From a virus (Duplodnaviria > Caudoviricetes), in IMG/VR virus record IMGVR_UViG_3300043447_000415, positions 8,568-72,567 of that record: a stretch of 64,000 bases of DNA; one strand, 5' to 3'. The stretch's first letter is position 1. Each line of letters opens with the position of its first letter. The notes under the pieces were generated by a model. The model did no database searches, was not told the origin of the DNA, and was given only the letters and a program-made list of their open reading frames with translations. Both the position numbers and the translations under genes were made by a program. Shown here piece by piece: positions 39,201 to 47,983 of the stretch.

Positions 39201-40694
39201 GGCGATGTTGCCCGCGTTGACAGCGGCGTTTGTGCCAATTCGTTCAGCCTCAGTGTTCAAGCCTCGAGCGGTCGCGCCGGAGCCGGTCTTCTTCTGACGC
39301 ATTGCCGATTCGGCGGCGAGTTCGGCAGCCATTTGCTGACCCAGGAACTTCTGCTGAAGCGCGTTCAAAGATTGGTAGTGAGCGACGCGGCCGGCAAGCT
39401 CTTTGGCCAGCGCGGCACGCTGACGCTCCGCCTGCTTGACCTGCTCGGCGGCCAGCTTCTGTTCGGCTTGCTGCTCGGAGGCCACTTGCTTGTTGAGCAT
39501 TGCCTGACGCGCCGCGAACGAGCGTTGCTCTTCGGCGATCTCGTTGGCAATGAGAGTCTGCTTGTTCGCCAGAGCGTCGCGCTTGGCTTGCACGTCCTCG
39601 CGATACTTCTCGATCTGCCCATTGATCGCGCCCTTGATTGCGCCAGTCAGTGACAGAACCCGAGTGACGGCGAAGTATCCGATAAAGGCTTTTCCGGCGA
39701 GCTCGATTGCTCCCGCCCACTCGATGACAATATCGACGATGCTTCGGAGCAGTCGCACGATGTCAGCCAGGCCCGTCCCGAGATCGTTGGCGAAGCGTTT
39801 CGCCGAGCCGGTGTCGAACATGGCGATCATGTCCTGGAGCTGCTCTTTGGCTTCCTTGAAGAAGTCGTTCTTGCCCGCCTCGAGCTTGAACAGCTCGAAC
39901 TTGGTGTTAAGCAGCGCCAACATGCCGGTCCACGAGTCCATCATGGCTTCGGCTGCGCCGTCGTTCTCGAAGCGCATCACCAGGAACATGTTGCGCAGCG
40001 CGGTCGTTGCCTCAACGGTGCCGGTTTGCACGAGCTTGGTGAACTTGGGCATCGACATGCCGGCGCCCTGGGCCATCATGTTGATCGCGTTGGGCACAGC
40101 TTCACCCAACTGCTGGCGAAGTTCTTCCATCGAGATCACGCCCTTGCCGGACATCTGCTGAATCGCGATGGAGGCACGGTGCATGGTTTCGGAGGTGCCG
40201 CCGAACTTGGCGACCGAGTCCACCAGGGCCTTCATGCTGCCGTCGGTGGGGTCCAGACCGCCCGACTTCAGCTTCACGAAGGCATCGGTCAGTGTTTTGA
40301 CATCGAACGGCGCGTTCTGCGCCATGTTGAAGATGAACTTGACGTTGTTGAGCGCCTCGGCTTCACGGGCGGCCTTGCTCGTTTCCTTGCTCATGCCCTC
40401 CATGAGCTTGGTCATCTTCTCAACCTCGCCCGAGGTCTTCAGAATCGCGCCAGGCAGCGCCATGAAGATGTCGTGAACATCGTGCAGCGCATAGCGGAGC
40501 ATCGAGGCGGTCTGCACCACGGAACGGAATCGGCCTCCGAGGCCAGTGAAGTGCTTCTCCAGCGCTTCGGTGGAGCGAGAGGTGCGGTCGATGGCACGCT
40601 GAAGCTCCTGGATCGTGACGCCAGCTTTCTGCGTCTGAACCACGAACTGATTGTTGTCCAACGACAACACAACTTTGATTTCGCCACCGAGCAT
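36264..40694 (-). CDS. H: tape measure protein
   Basis: 1476 aa, Ala-rich helical; KGVISMEELRQQLGE tape_meas motif; FAKGG C-terminal motifs. Confidence 0.93.
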   Translation of the reverse strand: MLGGEIKVVLSLDNNQFVVQTQKAGVTIQELQRAIDRTSRSTEALEKHFTGLGGRFRSVVQTASMLRYALHDVHDIFMALPGAILKTSGEVEKMTKLMEGMSKETSKAAREAEALNNVKFIFNMAQNAPFDVKTLTDAFVKLKSGGLDPTDGSMKALVDSVAKFGGTSETMHRASIAIQQMSGKGVISMEELRQQLGEAVPNAINMMAQGAGMSMPKFTKLVQTGTVEATTALRNMFLVMRFENDGAAEAMMDSWTGMLALLNTKFELFKLEAGKNDFFKEAKEQLQDMIAMFDTGSAKRFANDLGTGLADIVRLLRSIVDIVIEWAGAIELAGKAFIGYFAVTRVLSLTGAIKGAINGQIEKYREDVQAKRDALANKQTLIANEIAEEQRSFAARQAMLNKQVASEQQAEQKLAAEQVKQAERQRAALAKELAGRVAHYQSLNALQQKFLGQQMAAELAAESAMRQKKTGSGATARGLNTEAERIGTNAAVNAGNIAAVQAEIAAIKARDAALLQSIQTTRNATTANNRQAESAALAAQHARMMASLLGQQATAATNAATGVGILSRAMSGAGVLFNAFGGWVGIAIGVLVTLGQKLWEYMNRWKEFQEVVKRTEAGVASKDDLAKATDRANEAAKAIKTLKTVLNDLDKDGDTSARSISRALGAGFRDSRGGADVAAYRASLEKQLAERNAVYEQATKQSAEQTRLLDEETVGRSVSQFERTYRRATEGKVDALRSEAAELSKAERTELDKARSAAAASGKKLTESEEDAISKRYTAKKNALVIARERYLLDYARERQLEVAGILKTETDPSKRKALEGQLKFINDKIEETSSAIKQAEQSLGRVPTTRKDDKPNLKEDPILREAERAKAAAAEALIAYKQALIGSKEIGDIKNQIAVGVLGDIAEGKFDTKEMDAEGKEKVPVRFGNIDKRKGFVAEFMKEVVNGKKSVDDFIAGLKLTETQSKQVLDIINNLTTEQRYKDANKAQETSNNLLADSLRDLDAAREETATNGISKESKALNSVIAKYDELLKKLDKTSDEYQRIEAQRNKAVANATETRNLRSMFEMREENKKFVEDTVKGVERSKIARMRSTMDYKQVAVATYQEELREFTLNEDAKLWALEDRFQAGHISFAAYQSELNHLEDAGSQYRSEAWLRYMQNAKSALDKLADSWRNSVDAMNQASANWAQQTMDYITKAMNGEKVGKFKDLVIGALKDVNTILIRNVLGDAVTSVTGGFANMMSGMLGLGSAGASGKADGSANAPYHVINATSGKLKNPEEEMFTAVKEKLSSVWDSVKENFSTVWDTLKGSMGGLFDSLKGGLSGMLDGIMGLFGGGGGGGGGMGDLLKLGMSLFGFAKGGVMSAMGSMPLNKYAKGGIATSPQLALFGEGSMNEAYVPLPDGRSIPVTMTGSNNTTTNQGGVVINIVVNKDGSETSSGQGDDAETWKRVASKVRGVVMEEMVTQQRPGGLLYR

Positions 40695-40704
40695 TTCGCT
40701 TCCT

Positions 40705-41040
40705 TTACATCGTCGCCGCCATCAGCTTCAGCTCTGCGAAGCCTGCTTCGTCGCGCACCGCTTCCACTACCGAAGGCTCTTTGATTACATCTCCAATTTC
40801 GATAATCAGCCTGTCCTGACATTCCCGAACGCCCTCGGCGCTCTGGGCTGCCGCTGCGGTCGAAAGGCGCCGCAAGTCATCCCCTGCTCTGATGCGACGA
40901 ATGTTGCCGCTCAGCAGCCAGAAGGTCTTGATGGGGATGGCCATCAAGTCCCGATATGGCATCGAATAGAAGTGGCTTACCTCGCAGAACATGAAGCCGA
41001 AATCGACCTCACGCTCGGGTAAGCCCCTTACACGTTTCCC
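40705..41040 (-). CDS. T portion of the G-T tail chaperone, reached by -1 frameshift
   Basis: The -1 frame from GGGAAAC is open into ORF 40705-40992. Confidence 0.75.
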   Translation of the reverse strand, partial: GKRVRGLPEREVDFGFMFCEVSHFYSMPYRDLMAIPIKTFWLLSGNIRRIRAGDDLRRLSTAAAAQSAEGVRECQDRLIIEIGDVIKEPSVVEAVRDEAGFAELKLMAATM

Positions 41041-41372
41041 GCCTCTGCCTGGCCTTCGCTTTGCGCCTCATGTGCGCCCACGATGCTCTCGGGACTCTCG
41101 CCGCGAGTGAATGCCGCCAAGCCCTTCAACTGTTCGAGCGACAAGCTCAGCAAGACAGGCGTGTCGATGGCGGGGATCGAGCGCTGAATCAGCTCGATGG
41201 TCGCCGACAACTGCTTTGCATAGCTCGTCTCGTTTTCCATCGCTTCCGCCACGCGGGTGGTCTCGATGAAATCTTCAACCGACATCTCCTTGACAACATA
41301 TGTCTTTTCGCCAATTTGCACTTCGCGCACTTCCTTTGCGCTCAACTGATTCAAGTTCAACAGTTTTGTCAT
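41028..41372 (-). CDS. G: tail assembly chaperone G
   Basis: Between tube and tape measure genes; ends at a slippery heptamer. Confidence 0.8.
   Translation of the reverse strand: MTKLLNLNQLSAKEVREVQIGEKTYVVKEMSVEDFIETTRVAEAMENETSYAKQLSATIELIQRSIPAIDTPVLLSLSLEQLKGLAAFTRGESPESIVGAHEAQSEGQAEAGNV
41034..41040 (-). other. programmed -1 ribosomal frameshift site G GGA AAC
   Basis: X XXY YYZ heptamer in frame (GCG GGA AAC GTG TAA). Confidence 0.82.
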
Positions 41373-41392
41373 GCGTACTCCTTTGGGTTCAT

Positions 41393-41422
41393 AAAAAGAA
41401 AAAGCCTCGCACTAGGCGAGGC
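41393..41422 (-). terminator. intrinsic terminator after the major tail gene
   Basis: GCCTCGC/GCGAGGC stem plus TTTTTCTTTTT. Confidence 0.8.
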
Positions 41423-41457
41423 CAATTCTATCCGATTTCAGTCAGTTGTGAAAGAGC

Positions 41458-42330
41458 TTACCCGCCCACAGTGAACAGTTTGCCGTTGCCATCGGGATAG
41501 CCGGTGAAGTCGGTGTTGTAGACACGCTCGGTGTCCAGCTTGTAAGCGAAGTTCATCGCACCAGGCGTAGCGGCCAGAGGAATGACGAAGTCTTCCGACT
41601 TGTCGGTCAGAGGCTTGCCAACGGGGTGGATGCGGAGCTCGCGAGCGAAGCTCAGGAGGTCATTGCCCACGCCGGTAGGCACAGACACGGATGCGCCGGT
41701 GGGGTCTGCGCCACCAGTCAGGGCTGCGCCCGACATCGTCACCTTCGTCAGAGCGGTGCCCGTCGCCAAGGTGAACGCATTGCCTTCGGTGCCTTTTTGA
41801 CCAGCCAAACCATAGGCGAGTTGGTTGCCGTAGTTGACGGTAACGATGGCGCCGGCAGCCGAGTACGAAGCCGTGGCGATCTTTGGATCGGTCGAGGCGT
41901 TCAAAGCGGAGGCCAGGTTGGCGGCAGTGCTGGTTGCGGCCGCGCCGATGATGGACTCGACGCCCACGCCTGTCAGCGCGGTGCGGAATGTCACGGTCGT
42001 GCCGTTCACGATGATTGTCTCGCCTGCGGTGGGCTGAGTCGTCACGGTGATGGAGCCAGTGGCCACTGTTCCACCGACAGTGGTCAGTGTGGCGCCAGGC
42101 ATGATGGACACGAGGTTTTCCAGCGTGGTCTCGGCCATTGGCACCTTGGCCATGACTTCACGACCCATGATGTATTCGTTGATCGTCGTGTTGCCGAACT
42201 GATCGATGTTGACTTTGTGTGTCTCAGTGGTGACTGTGACTTCGACGCCGCCTTGGGTGTAACCCAGGTCAACGCCATCAAAGAAAACCTGGCAGACGCC
42301 AAGTTTCACGTTTTTTGTACTAGATGCCAT
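41458..42330 (-). CDS. major tail tube protein
   Basis: LGYTQGGVEV; position; Ig-like insertion. Confidence 0.85.
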   Translation of the reverse strand: MASSTKNVKLGVCQVFFDGVDLGYTQGGVEVTVTTETHKVNIDQFGNTTINEYIMGREVMAKVPMAETTLENLVSIMPGATLTTVGGTVATGSITVTTQPTAGETIIVNGTTVTFRTALTGVGVESIIGAAATSTAANLASALNASTDPKIATASYSAAGAIVTVNYGNQLAYGLAGQKGTEGNAFTLATGTALTKVTMSGAALTGGADPTGASVSVPTGVGNDLLSFARELRIHPVGKPLTDKSEDFVIPLAATPGAMNFAYKLDTERVYNTDFTGYPDGNGKLFTVGG

Positions 42331-42426
42331 TGGAAGCTCCTTTGCAAAGGGTTTTTGAAGTCACTACTGAGTGACTTCGCCGGTGCCCGGACTCTACCAC
42401 AAGTGGGTGTAAAAGTCCAGCATTTC

Positions 42427-42888
42427 TTAGAAGTAGGTTTTTGCTACATCGATCAGGCGGTTCATGATGCCTTTGGACACGTCATCGGCCGCACGCTCGA
42501 GAAAGCGTCCACCGACTCGTCCGCTGCCGGCGTTCTTGGCGGCCGATCGCTTGCCGAGGTTCAGCGGGCCATATGGGGTCAGGTGCTCGTGCATGATGTA
42601 GGCGTACTGAGACATTGGCTCGCCGTTGTAGCCCTCGGCGTCCATGTCAATGAAGACCGACAGCGCCTTGCGAACGAAGCGACCCCGCGAATCTCGACCG
42701 CCGCCACCGACTTGCATCTTGATGGCGTCCTCGAGGTTGCCGTGGTCGATCGGCGCGTAGCTGCGGGCGAGGTCTCGAATCGACCTTGCCTCGACCTTCA
42801 TCTGCTCAAAGATGCCGTCAGTGGCCTTGGGGCCGATCTGACGCAGCATCACCATCAGTTCGTCGGCGCCTTCAAGCTGCATACCCAT
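42427..42888 (-). CDS. HK97 gp10-like tail completion protein
   Basis: APIDHGNLEDAI...YAYIMHE...FLERA. Confidence 0.75.
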   Translation of the reverse strand: MGMQLEGADELMVMLRQIGPKATDGIFEQMKVEARSIRDLARSYAPIDHGNLEDAIKMQVGGGGRDSRGRFVRKALSVFIDMDAEGYNGEPMSQYAYIMHEHLTPYGPLNLGKRSAAKNAGSGRVGGRFLERAADDVSKGIMNRLIDVAKTYF

Positions 42889-43270
42889 ACTTCGCTCCCG
42901 AGAAGACTGTATGGAAGTTGACCTGCACCTCGTAGAAGTTGCCCTCCGACACCGGGAACGAGATCGGCAGGCTGGTCGGGTACATGCGCTTGACCGACAT
43001 GCCGTCGAGCTCCTCGTTGTAGAGAGTCAGGGCAAGCATCACTTCCTGCATCTTGGCAAGCGCCGTGGTGTATTCGGGCGAGCGAACCACCACCATGAAG
43101 GGCGACTTGAAGTAGCCAGGCAACTCATGGTCAATGTCCACGCCCGACAGTGGGCTGCGCAGCATGATGGCGGTCTTGGCCTCCATCGGCATGAAGTTGA
43201 TGAAGAGTGTCTTGCCCTGGGTGCCCAGGCTCTCGAACTCAAGTTTGTTGGCGATTGGCATCAAGTCCAT
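42872..43270 (-). CDS. tail terminator-like protein
   Basis: Size and position in the neck module. Confidence 0.62.
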   Translation of the reverse strand: MDLMPIANKLEFESLGTQGKTLFINFMPMEAKTAIMLRSPLSGVDIDHELPGYFKSPFMVVVRSPEYTTALAKMQEVMLALTLYNEELDGMSVKRMYPTSLPISFPVSEGNFYEVQVNFHTVFSGAKYGYAA

Positions 43271-43272
43271 GT

Positions 43273-43617
43273 TCAGCTCCAGACCGAGGCGGTGATTTCG
43301 TAGTGATCCAGCGTGCCGCCCACCGAGTAGCGCGGGTGCTTGGAGAGAATTCGCAACTTGGCCCCACTCACCTCGATCAGGTCATCGATGCCGGCGACCG
43401 TCGTGGCGGCCAGCAGAATCAGCGAGTCGCTCACCAGTTCCTTGGCGTTGCCTCGAGATGCGGAGCTGTCCGCACGAACGGCGCTTTTCATGTTGGTGGT
43501 CAGAAGGCGGACAACGGCGCACTGCTCGCGCACCTTGGTGGCGGCCAGCGGCTGACCGTAGACATCCGTGCGACCGGATGCCACGGTGACGTAGCAGGTT
43601 TTGTTAGGTCGAAACAT
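43273..43617 (-). CDS. head closure / stopper-like protein
   Basis: GRTDVYGQP N-terminus; position. Confidence 0.62.
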   Translation of the reverse strand: MFRPNKTCYVTVASGRTDVYGQPLAATKVREQCAVVRLLTTNMKSAVRADSSASRGNAKELVSDSLILLAATTVAGIDDLIEVSGAKLRILSKHPRYSVGGTLDHYEITASVWS

Positions 43618-44281
43618 AGGGGCCGATCTTCGCTGTTGCGTTGTAGTGAAAGACGGTCTCGGCGATGTCGTCGAAACTCGGATAGCCTGGTGTGGCGCCC
43701 GACATCGAGAAGATCAGTCCGTTGTTCTTGTGGCCCTCGTCGTCGTACATGACCTGAGCGAGGTCGCCCTCCCAGGAGAACCCGACCATCTGGAGCTGAA
43801 GCCATGTCTGGTAGGCGAACTGGCGGGCTTGCGCCTTCACGAAGGGGGCGGCCTTGAAGACGCGCCCCGATACGGAGGTCACATTGAATTCTGGTGTGGA
43901 GAGCTTGCGTTGCAGCAGCAGGCCCATTGCGCCATGCAACTCGCCCACCGCATCCAGCTCACTGTTCTTGACGCCCTTCATGCGGCTGGAGAGTGACTGG
44001 ATGTTTTCGCGGGTCACGCGAGCGAGCTCCTCGTTGAAGCCCTGGGAAAGCGCTTTGACCGTGTCCACGTCGCTCACACCGACGTAGTCAGCAATCGAGC
44101 GGCTGGCGGTCTTCAGGAACGTCTCACGCAGCTCCGACGCTGACTGCTCGAACTGAGTGACGAGCATCGGGGACACGGAGACCCCCGGCGCCATTACCGA
44201 CAGGTAGCGGCCCGAGAGTGCGAAGAGGAAGAGGTCGTACTCCGACTTCAGGCGAATTGCGAAGCCTTCGTACTGCATCAT
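43604..44281 (-). CDS. head morphogenesis-region hypothetical protein
   Basis: Coupled ORF; start moved to ATG 44281. Confidence 0.6.
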   Translation of the reverse strand: MMQYEGFAIRLKSEYDLFLFALSGRYLSVMAPGVSVSPMLVTQFEQSASELRETFLKTASRSIADYVGVSDVDTVKALSQGFNEELARVTRENIQSLSSRMKGVKNSELDAVGELHGAMGLLLQRKLSTPEFNVTSVSGRVFKAAPFVKAQARQFAYQTWLQLQMVGFSWEGDLAQVMYDDEGHKNNGLIFSMSGATPGYPSFDDIAETVFHYNATAKIGPYVST

Positions 44282-45126
44282 CCACGTCCGATCCGCTTGG
44301 CGAAGCTCACGTAGTAGCTCAGGTAGCCGAGCGCACGCTTGCACACCGGCAGCGACAGCTTGGCGCCCTGGCCGAACTTGATCGTGCTCTCGCCGATCTT
44401 CTCTTCGACGATGCCTGCGTTGCGCTTTGCGTCATCGGGCTCACCGCCCAGAATGGCGTTGGCCTCGACCACTTGAGCCTGGCGCAGCGCACGCTTGAAC
44501 TTCTCGGGCAGTTGGTTGAACTGGGTCTCGTTCAACAGGCCCAGGTTGCCATTGAAGAGGAACAGGCTGTTGCGAGCCACATAGGACGACTGGAACGAGC
44601 CTTCCGGCACGTAGTTCAGGTTGTCCTGGCTAAAGTTCACGTTGGAGTTGAGCATGTTGAAGTTCAACTGGATGATGTGCTCTCGGGCATCCATCAGCGC
44701 GGCGATCTGGTCGCGCTCGCTGGCCGCGTTGAAGGCGGCGATGTTGGGGATGTCGAGCGCCATCAGTTGCGCCATCGGAAAGGTCTGAAAGCTCGTGTCG
44801 GGAATCTTCAGCGGATCGGTGGTCTCGATGGCGTAGGTCTTGCTGATGCCGATCGTTCCTGTGTCGGTCGCGCAGCGCAGCTCCACGGTGCGAACCTCGC
44901 GAGAGGCGGACGCCGTGAGCTGATTGGAGATCGTGGGGATGGCGACGACAGCCTGGCTGTCACCCGAGGTGAAGCTCGCCAGGCTGGCTTGTGGAACAAG
45001 CGCTACGCCGTTCATGTCCAGCACCGAGTACTGGACGGAGTTGACGCTCAGCTCGTTACCCGCCGCATCGACGAGGTCGATGGTGAGTGTGACTTCCGTG
45101 CCGGCAAGGTAGATGTCGAGCGCCAT
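44278..45126 (-). CDS. head-tail adaptor-like protein with N-terminal extension
   Basis: AQVVEANAIL...EEKIGESTIKF C-terminal adaptor-like pattern. Confidence 0.6.
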   Translation of the reverse strand: MALDIYLAGTEVTLTIDLVDAAGNELSVNSVQYSVLDMNGVALVPQASLASFTSGDSQAVVAIPTISNQLTASASREVRTVELRCATDTGTIGISKTYAIETTDPLKIPDTSFQTFPMAQLMALDIPNIAAFNAASERDQIAALMDAREHIIQLNFNMLNSNVNFSQDNLNYVPEGSFQSSYVARNSLFLFNGNLGLLNETQFNQLPEKFKRALRQAQVVEANAILGGEPDDAKRNAGIVEEKIGESTIKFGQGAKLSLPVCKRALGYLSYYVSFAKRIGRG

Positions 45127-45129
45127 TGA

Positions 45130-45558
45130 TTACTCCGTAGGGCCTTGATGTTTCAGGATCGCTTCGATCAGGCCAACGATCGAGGTGCCCTTGACGCCCT
45201 TCGGATCGGCGATGGCGCGAAGACCCGCGATACCTTCGGCATCGGCGATCTTGGCCAGGTCGTCCTTGGAGTAGGTCGTGCCGTCGGCTGGAGCCTGGGC
45301 GGTCTTGGCTTGGGGCTCGGCAGGTGCCGACGCCTCGCTGGAGCTGCCGCCAACGAAGGCGGGCGAGTCCATGTTGTTCAGGTACATGTCGCCGACGTTT
45401 GCGGCCGAACCATCCTCCCAGTCAGCGCCGATTGCGGCCGAGATGCGGATTGCATCGATCGGCAGCACGTCGCCTTCCGACAGGCCGTCCTTGAACATCA
45501 CCACGCCCATCTGGCCGGTGTAGTTCTCGAAGCCCGCTTGTGTGAGGCGCAGCTTCAT
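45130..45558 (-). CDS. virion-associated hypothetical protein, paralog A
   Basis: MKLRLTQAGFENYTGQMG... Confidence 0.65.
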   Translation of the reverse strand: MKLRLTQAGFENYTGQMGVVMFKDGLSEGDVLPIDAIRISAAIGADWEDGSAANVGDMYLNNMDSPAFVGGSSSEASAPAEPQAKTAQAPADGTTYSKDDLAKIADAEGIAGLRAIADPKGVKGTSIVGLIEAILKHQGPTE

Positions 45559-45896
45559 TTGGCGACCTTCTTGGCTTGATCGGCAGCTTCTTGGGCTGCG
45601 GCTTGAGCGGCAGCTTCTGCGGCGTCGGCTTCAGCACGCTCGCGGTCGGCTTCTGCGGCCAGGCGCTCGGCTTCGGCTGCTGCCTGTTCGGCAGCAATTC
45701 GCTCGTCTTCGCCAGCCTGATCGGCAGCGGCCTGGTCGGCTTCCGAGTCCTCGAAGGTCTCGGTGATGAACATGGCGGCAACGTAGGCGGCCTGCTGTTC
45801 GCTGGCGTCGCCGACGGATACGCCGTTGTCGAATTTCACGTCTCCGAGCAGACCCGTGAAGGTCTCGTAGCCAGATTGAATAATGCGGATTTTCAT
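45555..45896 (-). CDS. virion-associated hypothetical protein, paralog B
   Basis: MKIRIIQSGYETFTGLLG...; Ala/Glu-rich tail. Confidence 0.65.
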   Translation of the reverse strand: MKIRIIQSGYETFTGLLGDVKFDNGVSVGDASEQQAAYVAAMFITETFEDSEADQAAADQAGEDERIAAEQAAAEAERLAAEADRERAEADAAEAAAQAAAQEAADQAKKVAK

Positions 45897-45910
45897 TGGG
45901 GACTCCTTAC

Positions 45911-45944
45911 AAAAGAAAAGGGCGAGCCTTGTGAGCTCGCCCTT
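45911..45944 (-). terminator. intrinsic terminator after the capsid gene
   Basis: AAGGGCGAGC/GCTCGCCCTT stem plus TTTTCTTTT. Confidence 0.82.
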
Positions 45945-45945
45945 G

Positions 45946-45974
45946 ATTCTACGTCAGTTGTGACTGACTCGCAA
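45946..45974 (-). promoter_or_regulatory. sigma70 promoter TTGCGA-17-TAGAAT with operator in spacer
   Basis: -35 at 45969-45974, -10 at 45946-45951; CGTCAgttgTGACT at 45952-45965. Confidence 0.62.
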
Positions 45975-45980
45975 CACCGA

Positions 45981-46892
45981 TTAGATGTTGGTCACACCCT
46001 TGAGGCGACCGATGGAGCGGGTGCTCTTCAGTGCCAAGCCGGTGTACCACTTCAGACGGATGCGGGTGGCGTCCTTGTTCTGAACGGTGCCGATGTTCTC
46101 GACCACGATACCGGCGTTGTCGCCGCCGTACAGACCGTGCAGGCCGTCCAGCTCGTTCAAGCGCAGGGCGTAGACCGAGGCAGTCGCGTTGGCGGAGCCT
46201 TGAGCTTCGTCGGCGGCCAGGAACTCGTTCATGATGATCGGGATGCCGTTGTGAGTCAGCATGGGACGACCAAAGTTCTCGAGCTGCTGCATCACGGCGT
46301 CAGTGCCGTAAGTGGCGCGCAACAGAGCACGGAAGGCGCGGATTGTGCCGCGACGCATCACGATCACGTCAGGACCGTTGGGCACGGAGTCAACCAGCTC
46401 GTCGAGCATGGTCAGAGTCAGTGCGTTGCCGTTGGCACCAGCAGTCACGGTCTGAGTGCCGCCAGCGGCAGCAGCCAGGACGGGCAGGCCGTCGAACTCT
46501 TTGGTGTTGGCAGTGGCGTCGCCCTTGGCCAGTGTGCGGTGGAATTCGCGAGACACGGCCTTGGCCTTCTTCGCGATCTGCACAGCCATCTGGTCGTTGG
46601 TGTCGCCCATTGTGGATTGCAAGAACTTGTCCACGTCCACGTCGCCAGCCAGGATACGCAGCTTGGCCACGACTTCAGTGAAGGTTGCAGCGGATTCGCT
46701 GATCGCTTCATTGGGGTCAAGCCATGCAGCACCACCCAGGGTGTTTTCACGGTTGTAAACGTATGCCTTGCCATTCACGCCGATGAACGGCAGAACAGCC
46801 ATCAGGTCATCACGTTCGATGATCTGGTCAATAACGCCAGCGATGAGCTGGTTGTTACTCAGTTTCTCAGCTTCTGCGCGGAGGAGAGCCAT
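45981..46892 (-). CDS. major capsid protein (HK97 fold)
   Basis: 303 aa after the scaffold; strong RBS, own promoter and terminator; EFDGL, RIRLKWY. Confidence 0.88.
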   Translation of the reverse strand: MALLRAEAEKLSNNQLIAGVIDQIIERDDLMAVLPFIGVNGKAYVYNRENTLGGAAWLDPNEAISESAATFTEVVAKLRILAGDVDVDKFLQSTMGDTNDQMAVQIAKKAKAVSREFHRTLAKGDATANTKEFDGLPVLAAAAGGTQTVTAGANGNALTLTMLDELVDSVPNGPDVIVMRRGTIRAFRALLRATYGTDAVMQQLENFGRPMLTHNGIPIIMNEFLAADEAQGSANATASVYALRLNELDGLHGLYGGDNAGIVVENIGTVQNKDATRIRLKWYTGLALKSTRSIGRLKGVTNI

Positions 46893-46947
46893 TTGATTTC
46901 CTTTCGAGGAGGGGTTTATTCAATGCCTCGGTCCTTACGTCGCTCTA

Positions 46948-47007
46948 AGTCACCGATGAGGCAGGACTATACCACACTTTGTGGCAAATTGCAAGTCATC
47001 GGTGACT
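46948..47007 (-). promoter_or_regulatory. capsid promoter TTGCAA-17-TATAGT bracketed by two operators
   Basis: -35 at 46989-46994, -10 at 46966-46971; operators 46994-47007 and 46948-46961. Confidence 0.78.
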
Positions 47008-47013
47008 TAGTAC

Positions 47014-47907
47014 TTAAATGACCTTGAGACCTTTCAATCCGGACGCAATCTTGGAAATGCCATCAGTGGGCACATCCTGTTTTGTCTGGCCGGAGGGCTT
47101 GCGAGAATCAGAGCCTGCGCCAGGTTTCATCTTGCTCTTCAGGAGGTGATCTTTCTCAGGATCAGCCTCGATGATCTTGCGCAGTGCGCTCTCGAAGTCC
47201 ACGGTGTTGCCGTACTGATCGACGATCGCGGTGCGGTTGGCGGCGCCACGAGGCTTGTCATAGCCCACAACCTTGCCCTCTTCCACGTCGAAGTAGTCGC
47301 CGTAGATCACGCGGGTCTTGGCGGGCGTGAGCGTCAGCTCTTCCGAGATGAACTTGCTCTGGCTGAACTGCGTGCCGATCGACAGGTCTTTGATCGTGCC
47401 TTCGGTGTTGTTCAGCTTGGCGGTCAGGGCTGCGATCTGCTCTTGCAGCGTCTTGACTTCCTTGCCGTGCTCTTCGGCCATGCGGCCCTTCAGACGGTCC
47501 CAGTCACCCTTGGCTTCCAGAGCTTTTTCCTCGGCGGACTTCTGGTCGGCCAGCAGCTTGCGCACGGCTTCAGGGTCGATGCCCTCGAATGCCTTCAGGG
47601 CATCTTGGGTCTTCTTGAGTTCGGCGTTGGCTTTGTCCAGCGCTTCCTTCTTCTTCATGTTCTCTTTGAGCAGACGGGCTTCCTCGTCGCTCGGCTTCTT
47701 GCTGCCACCGGCAGCTTCTTCAGCGGCCTTCTTTGCAGCTTCGTCAGCGGCAGCTTTTGCAGCGGCCTCTTCAGCGGCTTTTGCAGCAGCAGCTTCTGCG
47801 GCAGCTTTTGCAGCAGCGTCGTCGCCACCAGAACCACCACCACCTTCACCACCCTCTCCGTTCATGGGTGCCAGGTATTTTCGTGCAACATTGCGTGTAA
47901 CAAACAT
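47014..47907 (-). CDS. capsid scaffolding protein
   Basis: Gly/Ala-rich N-terminus, coiled coil, KPGAGS motif; between portal and capsid. Confidence 0.82.
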   Translation of the reverse strand: MFVTRNVARKYLAPMNGEGGEGGGGSGGDDAAAKAAAEAAAAKAAEEAAAKAAADEAAKKAAEEAAGGSKKPSDEEARLLKENMKKKEALDKANAELKKTQDALKAFEGIDPEAVRKLLADQKSAEEKALEAKGDWDRLKGRMAEEHGKEVKTLQEQIAALTAKLNNTEGTIKDLSIGTQFSQSKFISEELTLTPAKTRVIYGDYFDVEEGKVVGYDKPRGAANRTAIVDQYGNTVDFESALRKIIEADPEKDHLLKSKMKPGAGSDSRKPSGQTKQDVPTDGISKIASGLKGLKVI

Positions 47908-47983
47908 TTTTCGCCTTCCAGACCGTTCGCTTGGTCATTGAGTTGTGGTTGCGCCAGCAGTCTCTTGCTGACGTTGCGGGGGC

